A stretch of 57,739 nt of DNA, the filler included, from Sphacelaria rigidula (lineage: Eukaryota): assembly GCA_964200075.2 (NCBI GenBank). It is 9 parts of 9 records of this genome, joined end to end, with 100 filler letters (N's around TTAATTAATTAA, not from the genome) between each part and the next. Parts side by side here need not be neighbours in the genome. Positions count along the whole stretch, not along the records: positions 25,709 to 32,035 come from CAXNAA020020761.1; positions 32,136 to 38,461 come from CAXNAA020020762.1; 7 more parts are not named here. One strand, given 5' to 3'. A program made the translations under genes and the position numbers. Numbering within the stretch: position 1 is the first letter of the stretch; each line of letters opens with the position of its first letter. Below the pieces are notes generated by a model. It had not been told where the DNA came from. It saw only the letters and a program-made list of their open reading frames with translations, and made no database searches. Shown here piece by piece: positions 25,709-38,561 of the stretch.

Positions 25709-25878
25709 TGGTCATATGACTATGGTATGCATGATCATGAGTACACCCTTCCTCTGTCTCAATGACTACGGCATACAAGATCATGAGTACACCCCTCCCC
25801 CTGCTCCGTCCCGGCTTTGTAGGGATGCGAGGTCAATGACGTAATTACTACGGCATGCAAGGTCATGAGTGCACCCCC
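25709..25878 (+). repeat. Three tandem diverged units of unclassified short repeat U1
   Basis: Repeated atgacta(t/c)gg(c/t)at..a.gatcatgagtacaccc units. Single copies occur at 19118-19165, 38562-38613, 44988-45052, 46852-46930 and 51252-51309. Confidence 0.8.
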
Positions 25879-26138
25879 TGCAACTGCACGATTTCCACAA
25901 TGTCAAGGGGAGACGGAGGGGGTAGAGGGCTTCCAACTCTTGCCTTGTCGTGTCATTTTTTCAACGAACTTGGCCTCCCTCAGCGAGGTTTTCTTTCGAA
26001 TATGCTCATCCCGCATTCATTCATGTTGGGTTCATGGGAGGCTTCGCGGCACAGACCTGTCAAGATTGTGGAGACAATCTCCGACAACTGATCAACCAGT
26101 CAACCACACTTGCCGATCAATAAATCGACCAATCGGTA

Positions 26139-27320
26139 CGAGCTGGGCCAGCCTAGAGGCGGATTTGAAGTTTGCAGGCGAATGCGCAGACCCATATTTA
26201 GAGTTGGAGCGTAAAATTTGGTATGGATAATGCATAGGGCATGAAAAAAAATGCAGAAGCATCAGGAGTTTTTTGGGGTTTTTTCGTGAGTGACGGGCAT
26301 TTTACTGATACCTGAAAACTGATTACTGTCCTTAACTCATGAAAAAAAAAAACTTATGGTACTTTTGTAAATTTTTTGTCATCCCCTATGCATTGTCCAT
26401 AACAAATTTTATGCTCCAACTCTAAGTATTGGCCGGCGCATTCGCCTTTTAAAAACCGGGTCGGTAGAAATTCGGAACAGTATTTCGCAGGTTACTCACC
26501 GGCCCACGTTTGGTTTTTGTATAATAAAATCTTGTGTGGATCCTCGCTAGGGCATAATCAAACAAAATTCAGTGGGTCAGGTTGTTTATTTTCATTTTTT
26601 TCTCTGGTTTAGGGCGTTCTAGTATGGTAAAGATAATTTCTTCACGAGAACGCCCTATCCTCTACGCCAATCTTTTTTCTCGACACACCTTTATGGTTCT
26701 CCATGCTAAGTTTCAAATCACATTTCGAAAAACTAGGCTAAAACATTGAGATGAAGTCTAAGAGGAATGTTCATTTTTCCTCAAAACTCTACTAAAAACA
26801 CGAAAAAAAATGAAAAAATGAAACAAAACCGAAGAAATGGTAGCAATTTGTTTTTTACTTCATTAAGCACTAGCGGTTCTCCATACAAAATTTCATACAA
26901 CTCTCAAAAACTGAGACGCGATAAAGGGCATCTAGTGCCTCTGCTCGTAATATGTTGATTCTAGTATGAAAGCTTACGTGCGCCGTATCTCCAGATATAT
27001 TACGAATTAGGTGAAGGTGAGGGTACCTATCGCCTTCTCGGGCTCCAGGGAAGGTCCACACCAAAAATCGCCATCACCCGCTGAATGCATCGTTCGGGTT
27101 TTCATATAGATTTTCGTGGGGGCGCTATCGCCGTACGGTATAGGAAGTACATGACATGGGGTTTAATCAACGACAAAACATTGGGCCAAATTTTTTAGCA
27201 GATGGGCACCTTTCCGTTGATAAGACAAGTAATACTATGGGCGGATCATGGCCCAACTCGTCTGTGTCGATGAGATATTGCTCCAAGACCTTAAATCCGT
27301 TTCTAGGCTGGCCCAGCTCG
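26139..27320. mobile_element. Tc1/mariner-type non-autonomous element, family M1, 1182 bp
   Basis: TA|CGAGCTGGGCCAGCCTAGA on the left and TCTAGGCTGGCCCAGCTCG|TA on the right: a perfect 19-bp TIR with a TA duplication. Internal inverted repeat at about 26180-26250 and 26372-26446. No transposase ORF. Confidence 0.85.
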
Positions 27321-30300
27321 TATACTTCAGCCAGGATTTTTTGTTTATCCCTTGTGGGCCATGTGCGAATTCATTGTCCCGAGTCATGAAGCTATAATCC
27401 TTCAAATGCATATACAACACACAATAAAAAATGACAGCGGAAACGGAATGGGGACACGTTTCGATCATAGCTATTCCGTGCATCATCCGCATGGGCTGAG
27501 AGCGTTCCTCAACGAGGCTCCATGACCTCGGAACGTTCACAAGCCACGTCATCAACCCAAGGTGGTGTTCTCAAGGCAGCAAGCATGACGTGAAACCGGG
27601 ACATCCTCTCAAGACGCTCAACTACCACTCCGGGGCGTTCTTATCGCATTCGCATGATGCGTTTTACTCGACCCACCCTTGCTCACCTTCCCCGTTAACT
27701 CTAGCAACAACACCGCTCGGTTCTCCTCCAACTTTACAACCTGGGGTGGTCCAAAGCCCTTGGCCGTGGCTTGCTGTGATGCGCAATATCAAATATCGAG
27801 GGCAAAAAAAAGCGAGGAGAGGGAAAGAGGGGGGGGGGGGGTTGACTGAAACAAATGACGACACGGTTATGGGTAGGAATGGAGGCCGACTTTGGGTACT
27901 ATATTCATGGAAAGTGCAACCTGAACGCTACATGCGTCAGAAGTGGTCCGTACTTTCTCGTTCAAGCTACTGAGAACGATGCTGATGATGTTGGCGATCA
28001 AGAGGTTCATGCTGTGCGGATTGGCTACGCGCTGCATGTCCTACACACAGCTATGACTGCGGGATTGGAGAGTGAGTTTCTCATGGGCCCCATGGAGTCA
28101 GGGTCATGGCATGAGTGGAAGGAATCCCATCTCGTCAGTCGCTTGGGCACGGTCTGGTTCTCTCTGTCCACATCAACATCTTCAACGTCATTTTTTAGCT
28201 ATTTTCAGTATGTACGAATATGTGTACAGGCAGTCACTTGAAACATCGTGTTTCTGCCGACCTAGGCATACATGGTGCGCAGTCTGAAATCAAAATCACT
28301 CTTCGCGCCTTGGCTTCTCCGCTGGAACCCTCAGACACAGCAGCCGAAGTTCATGTGTGACCTCGCTCTCTGCAACTCGATACATGAAGGGTACTCGCGG
28401 TTGGAAGGCGAAGTTGCCCTTCGTGCACAGCCGTACAGAACAAAGCAGCAGCACCTGGTGGCATGCCACAAAGTGAAATGCCATCCATGACACACTGCTC
28501 GCCGCAAGAAAAAAAACACGCAGCCCCGAACGAAGCTCGTCAAACACTGCATAGTTTGCATCTCATTCTGATGCTATTAATATAATAGTATATACAGACA
28601 GTTACTAAATACACGACCGCGGTCACCAGCAGATGTAAGGCACATATTCTTGCTTAAATCGCTCTCGATGCCTTGGCTCCTGCACTGGAGCCCTGGCATG
28701 AAGCAGCCGCCAGCTTTGTCCTTCTTCTGTCAACTCTCCCTCTGTAATCCGACACTTTAAAGGATACTCGCCGTTGAAAGGCGAATTTGCCCCTTGTGCA
28801 CAGCCGCTCAGAACAAAGCAGCGCCTTGGGGCACGCAACCTAAGTGCATGTTGTCACAACTTGCTTGCAGGAGGGAAAGTAGTATGCGCACCGATCTTTT
28901 TGAATCTGCCATCTTCGACGTCGAAAGACGCTACTGATTCTCAACCCAAAAGTGCCGATCGCGCAACGCTTACAACTTGGCAACGAAGCGGGGGATTGGA
29001 CTGCGGTTTCTTGCGTGCGCTTTCCACACACCCAAGCTATGTCGCCTAGTTTGGTTTTTGCGGCTGCGCGTGATACTGACTCGCAAATGACCTAAATATA
29101 CTAAAACACGTGTTTTTCGCTCTGGGAGAGGATTTTCGTGCCGCTGACGCGACGCCAGCAAAATATCAAACTAGGTCCCCTAGGTCTTGTGTGTATGCGG
29201 GGGGCTGTCAAGTGTCGTGGACCGGCTTGCTTCTTGTGTCGAGAACCGCGCGATCTCCAGTGCTACAGCTTTCCCATACTACACCAACTTAACAAGTGAT
29301 GAAGCGTGCGTTGAGTTTGTGAGGGCCTCGGCACAGTTCCGACCACCTACTGACGTATTCATTATTCCTCCGCGTTATTTCTTATTTTAAATCTTGTGCC
29401 GATTTTTGGTTGTTAGGATCCCCATTCCTACCCATAACGGTCCTAAATATTACTTTTTTGGTATTCTCCGGGGAAATAAGGGGCGGCACATCTCGTGATT
29501 CCCGCACGTCGCGCATACCTCGTTCCCTCTCCCCGCCTTTCTCTGGCCTACTGCATCACAAATACTTACACATTTGACTAAAACACTGCCATCATCGAAC
29601 CAAACATGAAGGTCTCTGCCACAGCTAGCTGCAAGCAGCTGCCGGAGTGATCCAAACGCACATGGGAGAGAACTCGTTACGTGAACAAATAATTATTTTC
29701 TCACATCCTGTTCTACGAGGTGCGGCGCGGTCTTCGGGAACATCTGAACCTCAGCCGGCTCCCCATTTGTCCTGTGCTTCACCAGCTCGTCATATTTCTG
29801 ACTATCAGTCAACTCGTACCCATCCCTCCACGACAGAGTACACCCCTTGCGGCGAGTCTTGTGACATACCCTCAAGACCTGAACCAACTTCAGTTTCGAA
29901 AGTTCTGAGTACCGCTGGCAGCTGAAGCACTGTGATACTTACAACCACGTCATCGTGCCTCAAATTCGGGCTCAAGTGAAAAATTGGGGTATGGTGCAGT
30001 TTTACAAGGGTGTGCTGCATAAGGTATTTACGACCTCTAGTTTTTTTTAAAAATCGCACTCGAACCACCCAATATCTGGGAAGTTGTATTGAGATCGTAC
30101 TCCACAGTACCTAGACATTGGGTAGAGTAATGCGATCGGACCTTCCTTTAACCCAATATTTGAGTAGAGATGGGAAATTGAACCTTCGCAACGCAAAATT
30201 CGGTAGAGTGAATACCCGAGTATTTCTCGTACCGAACACACCCTTGCAGTTGTTCACATATGTACCACCCCTTGGGCCACAATGTAGGATATTTGTGTAG

Positions 30301-31041
30301 GGCCCAAAAGCAGGAAAGGCTGCCCGGATCGAGCGGTGCGGGTTGAAACTGCCTTTGCACGCAAATTTCGCGATTCCTGATTAACCCATATGATCGACAT
30401 CTATTGGTCCCTGACCACATGTTGTACGACCAATTTATACGTTCAACCCGTTCGAAACCTCGTGCTTGGTATACTCCAACACCCGATTCCACCTGCAATA
30501 TTTTGCTGTTCAAGTCATGATCTACAAGGTACCGCACTTTGCAGGTACCGCACTTTATAGGTACCGCATCAGGTGTACAGAAGCTGAGGGAAGCTGCAAA
30601 AAAAAACCATGAAATCCCGTGTTCGGGCGACTTGTTTCTGGGTCAACACCATGCGACGCTGTCACCCGCGCACACCGACAGGCTACTTACTTCCCTGCCA
30701 TCTGGGAAAGAGGCGCCCGTTTATTTGTCGCTAGCCATCACCCAGTCAAGGTATGTTTGAAGGCCTGGGCATACACGCCGCGATGATAATTGCAGCGAAG
30801 TATGGGATGAACTTCTTGTTTTGCTTACTACGAGGTCTCTCTACTGCTTTCACTCTACGGGAAGATTTGATTTACTTGTCCTACCACAGCTCCGACCAGC
30901 TCGGGGGGGAGGGGGCGGTTTTCGTCTTCTGTTTTCTCCACGCCTCTTCCTCATTGTTTTTCGTTTTTGTTTTTTTCGATGGTTTCAGAAAAAGCCGCTC
31001 GATAAGTGCCCCTCACCTCACGACAGGATCAAACAGCCGGA

Positions 31042-31464
31042 CATCGAAATTGAGGATGAAGCTTTTCACTGAGGATGAGAACCCGGAGGATTAAAATCTT
31101 CGTATCCACACCAGATCTTCGAAATGTGGTTCCATCCCTTCAACTGCTAGTGGCTGTTGACAAGCACTGCACGTCATACAAATTTTACTTTCGATAACCG
31201 ATATGTTGGGGTCTTGGTGAAAAACCACTTTCGGGGAATTCCGGCGATCCAATCATATCACCTAAATTCTCCGAAATTGTTTCTCCCTCTAGGAGGGCAA
31301 AATTTCGGTTCTCGAAATCCGACGTTGTAGGGCGTGTAGCAGTTGTGGATAACCACCAGTAGGTGAAGGAAAGGAACCATATTTCGAAGATTCGGTGTGA
31401 ATACGAAGATTTGAATCCTCCTTATTCTCATCCTCAATGAAAAGCTCCATCCTCCATTTCGATG
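31042..31464. mobile_element. Fold-back MITE, family F1, full copy of about 423 bp
   Basis: catcgaaattgaggatgaagcttttcactgaggatgagaa pairs with ttctcatcctcaatgaaaagctccatcctccatttcgatg, and imperfect complementarity continues to the centre. Confidence 0.8.
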
Positions 31465-31727
31465 ATCGGATGTCATTAGTAGTGACGGTGCTGGAAAGGC
31501 GAGCCCAAGTTTGTGACCACGGCTTCGAGATATCAGGCTAATGTGCCGAAATAATAACCAAAATAAGATGCCATGTACAGGCTAAGAGCCTCTGTATTTA
31601 GAGAATGTTCCATATCTTATTCAGCACACCAAAAACAAAGCTCACTCCCTGTGATATCATCCCCCTCCAAGCGTCTCCCCTCCCTCCCCTCCTCTCAAAC
31701 CCGCATGCCCAGCAGCTGTCCGCTCAC

Positions 31728-31877
31728 CTTGCTGATGACCTGCACGGTCTCCTCCAGGTTGTCTCGAAACTCATGGGCCAACAAAAACACGCCCCCTTCT
31801 CTCAAAGCTGCTGCCGCTGTCACAAACAAATCCCTCGCCATGACATCCATGCCCGCAAGTGCCTGCGCCTTCTTCAC
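31728..31877 (-). CDS. Probable internal coding exon of an unidentified host gene (50 codons)
   Basis: Pyrimidine tract and tttcagcag acceptor (NAGNAG), 150 nt open as VKKAQALAGMDVMARDLFVTAAAALREGGVFLLAHEFRDNLEETVQVISK, then a strong AAG|gtgagc donor. Confidence 0.6.
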
Positions 31878-32035
31878 CTGCTGAAAAGTGACGAGGGAGG
31901 AACATTGAACCTTGTATCGTCGTTGCGTTAAAGTGAACTAAATCTGAGTTTCCAGGGGGGGGGGGGGGGGGGGGGGGGAGGGGGGGAGAGGGAAATTACC
32001 TTTGTGTTATTTGTGGCTACCACCCTTTTTACCGG

Positions 32036-32135
32036 NNNNNNNNNNNNNNNNNNNNNNNNNNNNNNNNNNNNNNNNNNNNTTAATTAATTAANNNNNNNNN
32101 NNNNNNNNNNNNNNNNNNNNNNNNNNNNNNNNNNN
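32036..32135. other. Artificial contig linker
   Basis: N44-TTAATTAATTAA-N44. Confidence 0.98.
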
Positions 32136-35100
32136 GACATCTGTAATAAGAGGCTATTCTACCAGTTTGACCACCGGGTGCCAGACGAAAAAGTGGATGC
32201 TGTTGGTAATTCGAAGAGTTTAGGCGCTCAGATTTTTACAGAACATGTTCATTATCGCTGCGCACAACATTTCTCGAGGTGCATCCGTTTTTTTTTTTTT
32301 CACGGTGTTACGAGGTGTTATAGCATTTTTCTAGTTTTTACAAAAACTTCAAATCGCTCTAACTTCCTGTTTTTTATTTTTTGCGAATTCACCTCGAGAA
32401 ATTTTGTGCGTACGAGCAGTGATAATACAAATGTTGTGTCAAAATTTCAGTGCCTAGCTCTTAAAATTACCCACAGCTTCGCCAAAATAGATTTAAAAAG
32501 CACGCTCAGCTTGCCCAGCCGGTATCCATTTGTTTATATCTTTTTTTGTTTTTTCCGATTCTTTTATGCAGGAGACCAGAGTATACGTTACATTTTTCTG
32601 CACAAATACCCTCTATCTATCGATCTACGAACGAAAGTAGGTCAAGACCCATCAGTCCCGTTACTGCACATCTGTCATAGTTGTCGAAGAATAGGGTGCA
32701 CACACTATTGTACACTCTCACACTCTTCTTGATAGTACACTCCTATAATCTCCTGTAGCACATTAGATCCGGGTAGGTATAGGCAGGTTAGCCTTAGCAG
32801 CCTCCCCGTTCTATTACCTTGTGTGGAGTGTTGACGTTGGGGGGTTTCTCAGTCATTTGTACGTTTGGCGCGCTGAGGTCCCTCTTCAGCCTGTGAGAGA
32901 GACGGACTGTCCATCTCGGAAGGACAGCGGCACCGACAGGATTGAAACATTCGGAGGAGCAGCCTGGAGGCGTAAAGAGAGCACAGGAGCTTACTATGGA
33001 AGCAATACTGGGGCTGTTGGGTATCTGTGGTGCCAACTGTGCTGTGGACAGGGATGAGAACAAGTCCAGGGCGGGGGAGGTGGTGAGAGTGGGTTCGAGT
33101 GGACTTTTTGAACTGTGCTGTATACTGACTACTCTGACAGTCTCTGTGTCTTCTACTGTCTTTGTCATCACTGCCTGTAATTGGGTTGTACTGTACACCT
33201 GTGGCGCGGTCGAAGGTCGGTGCAACACACGGCACGCCCTACACCCCAGGACCTGCGATGTCTTGCGCAGCTGCCTCTTTGTCCATGTGATGGAAAGAGT
33301 TCCCATCAGGAATTTCAGCTTGATGAAGATGCAGTGTATACCGGCGCTGTTGGCATTTGAACCGAGCATCGCGTATTTGTGTGGGTTGTATGCACTTTTA
33401 TTCCGTGAGAGAGCGATTTTGTCAGCAGTTCTTAATTTTGATTGCCCTGAGGAACACGCTGCGGCTTATTGTTCACCCCTGCTTTCCCGCGCTGACCATG
33501 CATGAGACGCTCAGCGATCTCTGTGTCGCGTTCGAGCTCTGTTGTAGTCGCAGAACAAAAACTTGCGTGTCTATTCATGTGCTCGGTTTGGATGCATCAG
33601 GCACGCCTATGGTAAGAAATGCAGATAAATTGAGGGAGAGACAGACGGGCGAACAGAGGTAATCGTCTTGATGCTGCCATCATTTTGCTCGTTGATCTGG
33701 AAGTCCCGTTCATCCATGCCCGACATGGTCTAGTTTGTAGGGGCAGGGGGCAATACTCAATACTCGATTCGACTTTCGTCATGCCCCGCCTACGGACCTT
33801 GATAGACCGCCGCCGGCACTACAGGCTGTTCCTCTCCCTGTGCTAGTGTACTTTCTGTCTGTGTACGTTTCCGTTACGGTCTTCGGCAGCTGGGTCGTAG
33901 TGTAAGACAGCTTCACGGTAGCGTACTTCAGTGTGCACTCGCTCCCTGTTGTTTGACTGCTGTCCTGAACGTGCAGTGGTACTCGTGTACCCTTCTGCGC
34001 GGTCCAGCTTTGTCGTATTTTCAGGGTCACCGCGAAGGGCTGTACCGCCCTCCGCCGCCTACATACGAGAGGACACAGCATATGCTGGTTCAGTACCTGA
34101 CATATATGAGGGGAGGGGGGGCGTCTGCCGTTCTGTCTACCCGCGAGTATCACAGACAGCCAGTGCAGTACCGTAGAGTGCGAGGCCGCAACATGTTGCA
34201 TTTTGTCTCGTCCTGCAGTGTGCAGTACAGTATCTACGCAGGGCGCTAGTAAACATTGCTGCTGCCGCCACCTTGTCTTGTCCCAGGCCCCTTCATTGTG
34301 TTCGTGTCAAGTTGGCACCCCCATCGTTTAGAAGTAATTATTGTTTTCGTTGGTCATCTGCGTATCATTCACGAAGAAAATCAATAATCCTCTCAGTACC
34401 TCCTGTAAATACAAGTATGTTTACTTCAGACAGTCAATCCAACAGTACTGTACCGCAAGCGGTCTCTACAACTGCTTCATTGCGTTGTACCTGGAACACT
34501 TTCTATCGTAGACTGGGCTTGCATGAGAGCTGCAGCAGGCAACAGGTCATTGCTCGGATCAACTGGGGGCACGGTTGTCCTTGGTCGTGGCACACTCGGC
34601 TGCACAGTTTAGGTTGCTTTTTGTCACGAGTCCGATTCGGTTTGAGAAATGGGACTCAGAGCGGTTGTCTGGCGGGACACCTCCATCATGAATGTTTGAA
34701 TATTTGGAACCCGTCCCTCGAACAAACGCTTTTGGACACAAGATTCAAGGATTCCCAAAAAGATATGGGGTTGGGTGTGGGAGAGATGAGATATGTCGGA
34801 ACAAAAACAAAGATTGATACGTTGAGGTATCTCAAACTCGAGGATCCCCACATATTCGTAAATGATAGTGAAAAATAGCTTCTACATACGAAGAATCTTG
34901 AGTTTGAGATGCCTCCAATGACAAGAGCTCACCATTTGAATCCATGTTACTCCTCGTGATTCATCGCTGAGTGTGATGTAGGTCCCAACATGCCCTGAGG
35001 GTGTCTATCATCTCTTTGCTTGGCCAGCGAGAATAGGCAGACGAAAAGCGAAGAACCCGACCTCAAAAAGCTCACCTCGTTTTTGTTCCCGTCGGGATTT

Positions 35101-37789
35101 TTTCATTTCGAAGTACAGACACGGTACAGTAAGAACATGAAAGCAGGAACAGAAGTTATTTCGTTATTTCGTTATTTCCACCTCGAGTTTGCTGTATATT
35201 TTCACAATCAAACACACGGGGAACCTGGAATTGGAGATACTTCTAAAAAATGACGTTGACATAGTGGATTTTTCACTTTTCCACCGAACATTCTCGGTCA
35301 CCAAAACTTTTGCCAAAATGGACAAGATTCGCCCTTTGGTTTACAACAGTAAAAGGTATCTCGAACTAAAATAGATATTCCCAGTATAGTTTTGGTAATT
35401 TGACAAACAAATACACAGGGAATATCAAATCTGATATATCTCTAATAAGAAGGCGTACGAAAAAATTTCGAAGCGTGATATTTTTCGCCACAGGAAAAAG
35501 GATTGACTCGTGTCACTCAGCGATCGAGAATCCGAGGCTGATTTTTCACTACTATGATACGTACTAGGTAATGAGAATACTGCAACTCACCCGTCAAACT
35601 TTCCCATTTTAGCGCCGGGCCTTCTTTCGGTACGTCGAAGTACAATTTATTCGGCTGACAGTCTCGCGAAAGATGTGGAATGTGCAGCATCATGTGATCG
35701 AACGTTCGAAGGAACGTACAGTGGTTGTACAGGATGTCGATGACTTCATACAGTACAGTGCAGTGGTCCGCCGTTGCTCTACTTCCTTCTATTTCGGCAG
35801 AGAGCTGTTATAAAGCTCTATTTAATTCGCAAGCCCGCGCTGGGCAAAGGTGATCTTGGACGTACATGATGAACCTGTTTCTGGAGGTGGCCTGTGCCGT
35901 CGGTTTGTCCATGTGGCTCATTTTAATAGCAAGTAACATGTTTATATGTGTGCTACGCGATGCGAGATGATCATCTCGCTGTGTTGTTTGTTCGTGTGTG
36001 TTGTTATTGATGTTGGTGTCGTTGCTTTCTTCCTTCCTTCCTTTCTATGGCTGTCGCCTCTGTCTTTTTTCTGTTCCTCTCTTTCTTTTTCTGCCCTAGT
36101 TTGCTGCTCGTGACCACGAGCTGGATTGTTGCAATCAGCTAGTGTAAAAGATGAATGAATAAATAAATCATGTGATCGTCTTGGTTCCAGTGTACTCCCA
36201 ATTCACCCACTTATCCTCCTCGATGACGCCCTTTTAATTAATGTACAATGGTGTGTTCAATGTGATCAAAGCTCCCGTTTTCAAGGCGTCCATCTACGGT
36301 CTACCTGAGTGATCAGGCGCAGTAATGTTTGAGCGTTCGACCACACTGCAGTCATCTGGGTCTTCCAATCATTTTGAGCTCACAAGTGGCACAGAGAAAA
36401 CCGATACATTTGTCACAAAAACCTGCTGTATGTATGTAAGCTAGCCCACGAGTAAGCACACACAACGCCTAACACTCGCGGAACCGTGGCCGTCAGAAGT
36501 GCCCGAGAAGGGGGCTATTTGCCCTGAGAGTTTTAGTAAGCGGGGCATATCGAGCTCCCGTAATAAGGAAGCCTGCAGCCCGAAAGCGGGCTATGCCTGT
36601 TGAGGGTTACCGACGGGGGGGGGGGGGGAGCGGAGGTCGTACCGCCGTATTTTGGTGTTGCTCTGTTCTGCTGGCTCAGTAAAAAATAAAGGGTAAGTCT
36701 CAGATAGCCCGCCCTGACAATCTAAGGATATACTCAACCCCTTTGTTTTTTGGGCCTAGATCTCGTTTCCGAACAATGTCGCAAGATAATCCATCCCGAC
36801 GCCACCGCTGAGTACGCCCCCTCTGCTCGCAAGCAACATCCCCCAAGTCATCTGTATCAATGTATTAGTTAGCCCTTCGATGGATTCTGTCCCAAGTTTT
36901 TTTGCGCTGACGCTCCCGCCGGATTTCTGGATTATGCTGGTTTCGAAGGCGGAAATGGACACCGGTCGACAATTTGGCGCAGTACACAAGTGGTGCAAGG
37001 ATTATTTTGTTTTATTATTTTACAAAAAGACACCCTTTGTCCACGACGACTGTATTGTTGGCGTGATCATTTTACTACTATCCCGGGAGTACGTACGAAG
37101 CTGCTGATCGTGACTTCTCCGTGAAAAGCTATGAACACCTACTGACAAATGCGCGGCAGCGGGCTTTCCAGTATACGGTAGGCGTTGTATCTCCACCGAC
37201 TACGTATTCCGACCCCCTGACCCCCACGAAGGACGTTCCTTGTGGGGTCTGAAGATGTGATCTCGAGTAAAGGGGCCCCGGTATTTGAGGACTTCCGTCA
37301 CCGACCAAGGGCAATACGTTTTTAATATTTTGCAAATCCTCGGGGCTTCATGCATGGTTGATCCGCGACATTTGATGCCTTTGACGTCAAAGCTCACGTT
37401 TTGAGCCACTCATCTCCGGATTATCCATGCCCCCCCTTATCGTCAAGGGCGGCGCTGTCGAGCAAAGAACACATACAGACAGCAATGCCGACGCGCATGC
37501 CCCGGCCCGGCCCTCTGCAATTTATGCAGCCGAACACCAACGGACCGAAAGTATCTACAGCTGTCTGGTGTCTGCAAGTAGGAATAGACTTCCACAGTGA
37601 CAACACAGAAAAGAGCATTACAGAAAATAACGGAACGTCGCAGGCAGTGGCACATGAGTGAATCCCTACCAAGCTGTGTCTGTATCATAAAACAAGCGAT
37701 ACGCGTTCGTCAGATGTACGACGAGCTTTTTTATATGTCTTCGGGCCAGGCTATTGGTAATTCGAAGAGTTGTCAGGCCGCTCCTCATG

Positions 37790-38330
37790 ACAGACAAAAA
37801 AAATGGGAAAGTGCTTTTTTGGTTGTCCACGTCGCTTTACGCCCTACAAGAGAGCTAGACGGAGGTTGACGCCTTGAAATGATCTGCTCTACTTGTTGAG
37901 GTGGTTCCACGACATATTTCCGTTCTCTGGTGGCCGCATTTTTTATTTTGGCCATACAAGAATTTTTGTCCAAGAACGGTCGAGAATGGTCAAATCTAGA
38001 GAAGATCCCTGGAACCACCTCAACATGTTGAACAAATCATTCCAAGGCGTCAACCTCCGCCTGATAACAGACCACAAAAAAAATCTGGAAAGGTGTCTTT
38101 TGGACCTTTTACGTCGTTTATGCCCCAAAAGAGAGCTAGGCGGAGTTGCCTTGGAATGACTTGCTCAACTAGTTGAGGTGGTTCCAGGATATCTTCCCGT
38201 TTTCCAGTGGCTGCAGTTGTTATTTTGGCCAAACAAGAATTTTTGTCCAAGAACGGTCAAGTCCAGAAAAAAATGGCGATTTTTTGAAGATTTGATCGTT
38301 TTTGGACAAGAATTCTTGCTTGGCCGAGAG
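37790..38330. repeat. Nested direct and inverted repeats, probably a fold-back element end
   Basis: Direct repeats about 280 bp apart (gagagctag...gttgaggtggttcca...caagaatttttgtccaagaacggtc), with inverted sub-copies at about 38010-38063 and 38292-38326. Confidence 0.7.
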
Positions 38331-38461
38331 TGCCCCAAAAACAAATCCGAGACCCTATGCCCCTTTTTTTAATCCTGAAGCTTTTCGGGGGGGGGGGTGG
38401 CTCCTAACTCCCACTCAAGATAAAAAAAAATAAAATTAAAAAGAAAATTTTTTTTAAAAAA

Positions 38462-38561
38462 NNNNNNNNNNNNNNNNNNNNNNNNNNNNNNNNNNNNNNN
38501 NNNNNTTAATTAATTAANNNNNNNNNNNNNNNNNNNNNNNNNNNNNNNNNNNNNNNNNNNN
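38462..38561. other. Artificial contig linker
   Basis: N44-TTAATTAATTAA-N44. Confidence 0.98.

Noticed and set aside
25709..25878. CRISPR-like array
   Set aside because: The units are diverged, there are no unique regular-length spacers and no cas genes, and the context is eukaryotic.
27855..28241. Possible plus-strand exon (ATENDADDVGDQEVHAVRIG...)
   Set aside because: Acceptor is plausible, but there is no convincing donor, partner exon or recognisable domain.
32794..34249. ORFs of 140-190 aa on both strands
   Set aside because: No recognisable family, and the coding strand cannot be determined by eye.
36490..36610. GC-rich hairpins (gcccg-aaag-cgggc) as a structured RNA or group I intron piece
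   Set aside because: Isolated short stems with no conserved core elements.
37209..37275. Hairpin followed by CTGAAGA as a second hammerhead
   Set aside because: No stem II followed by GAAA, and the cleavage-site base would be G.
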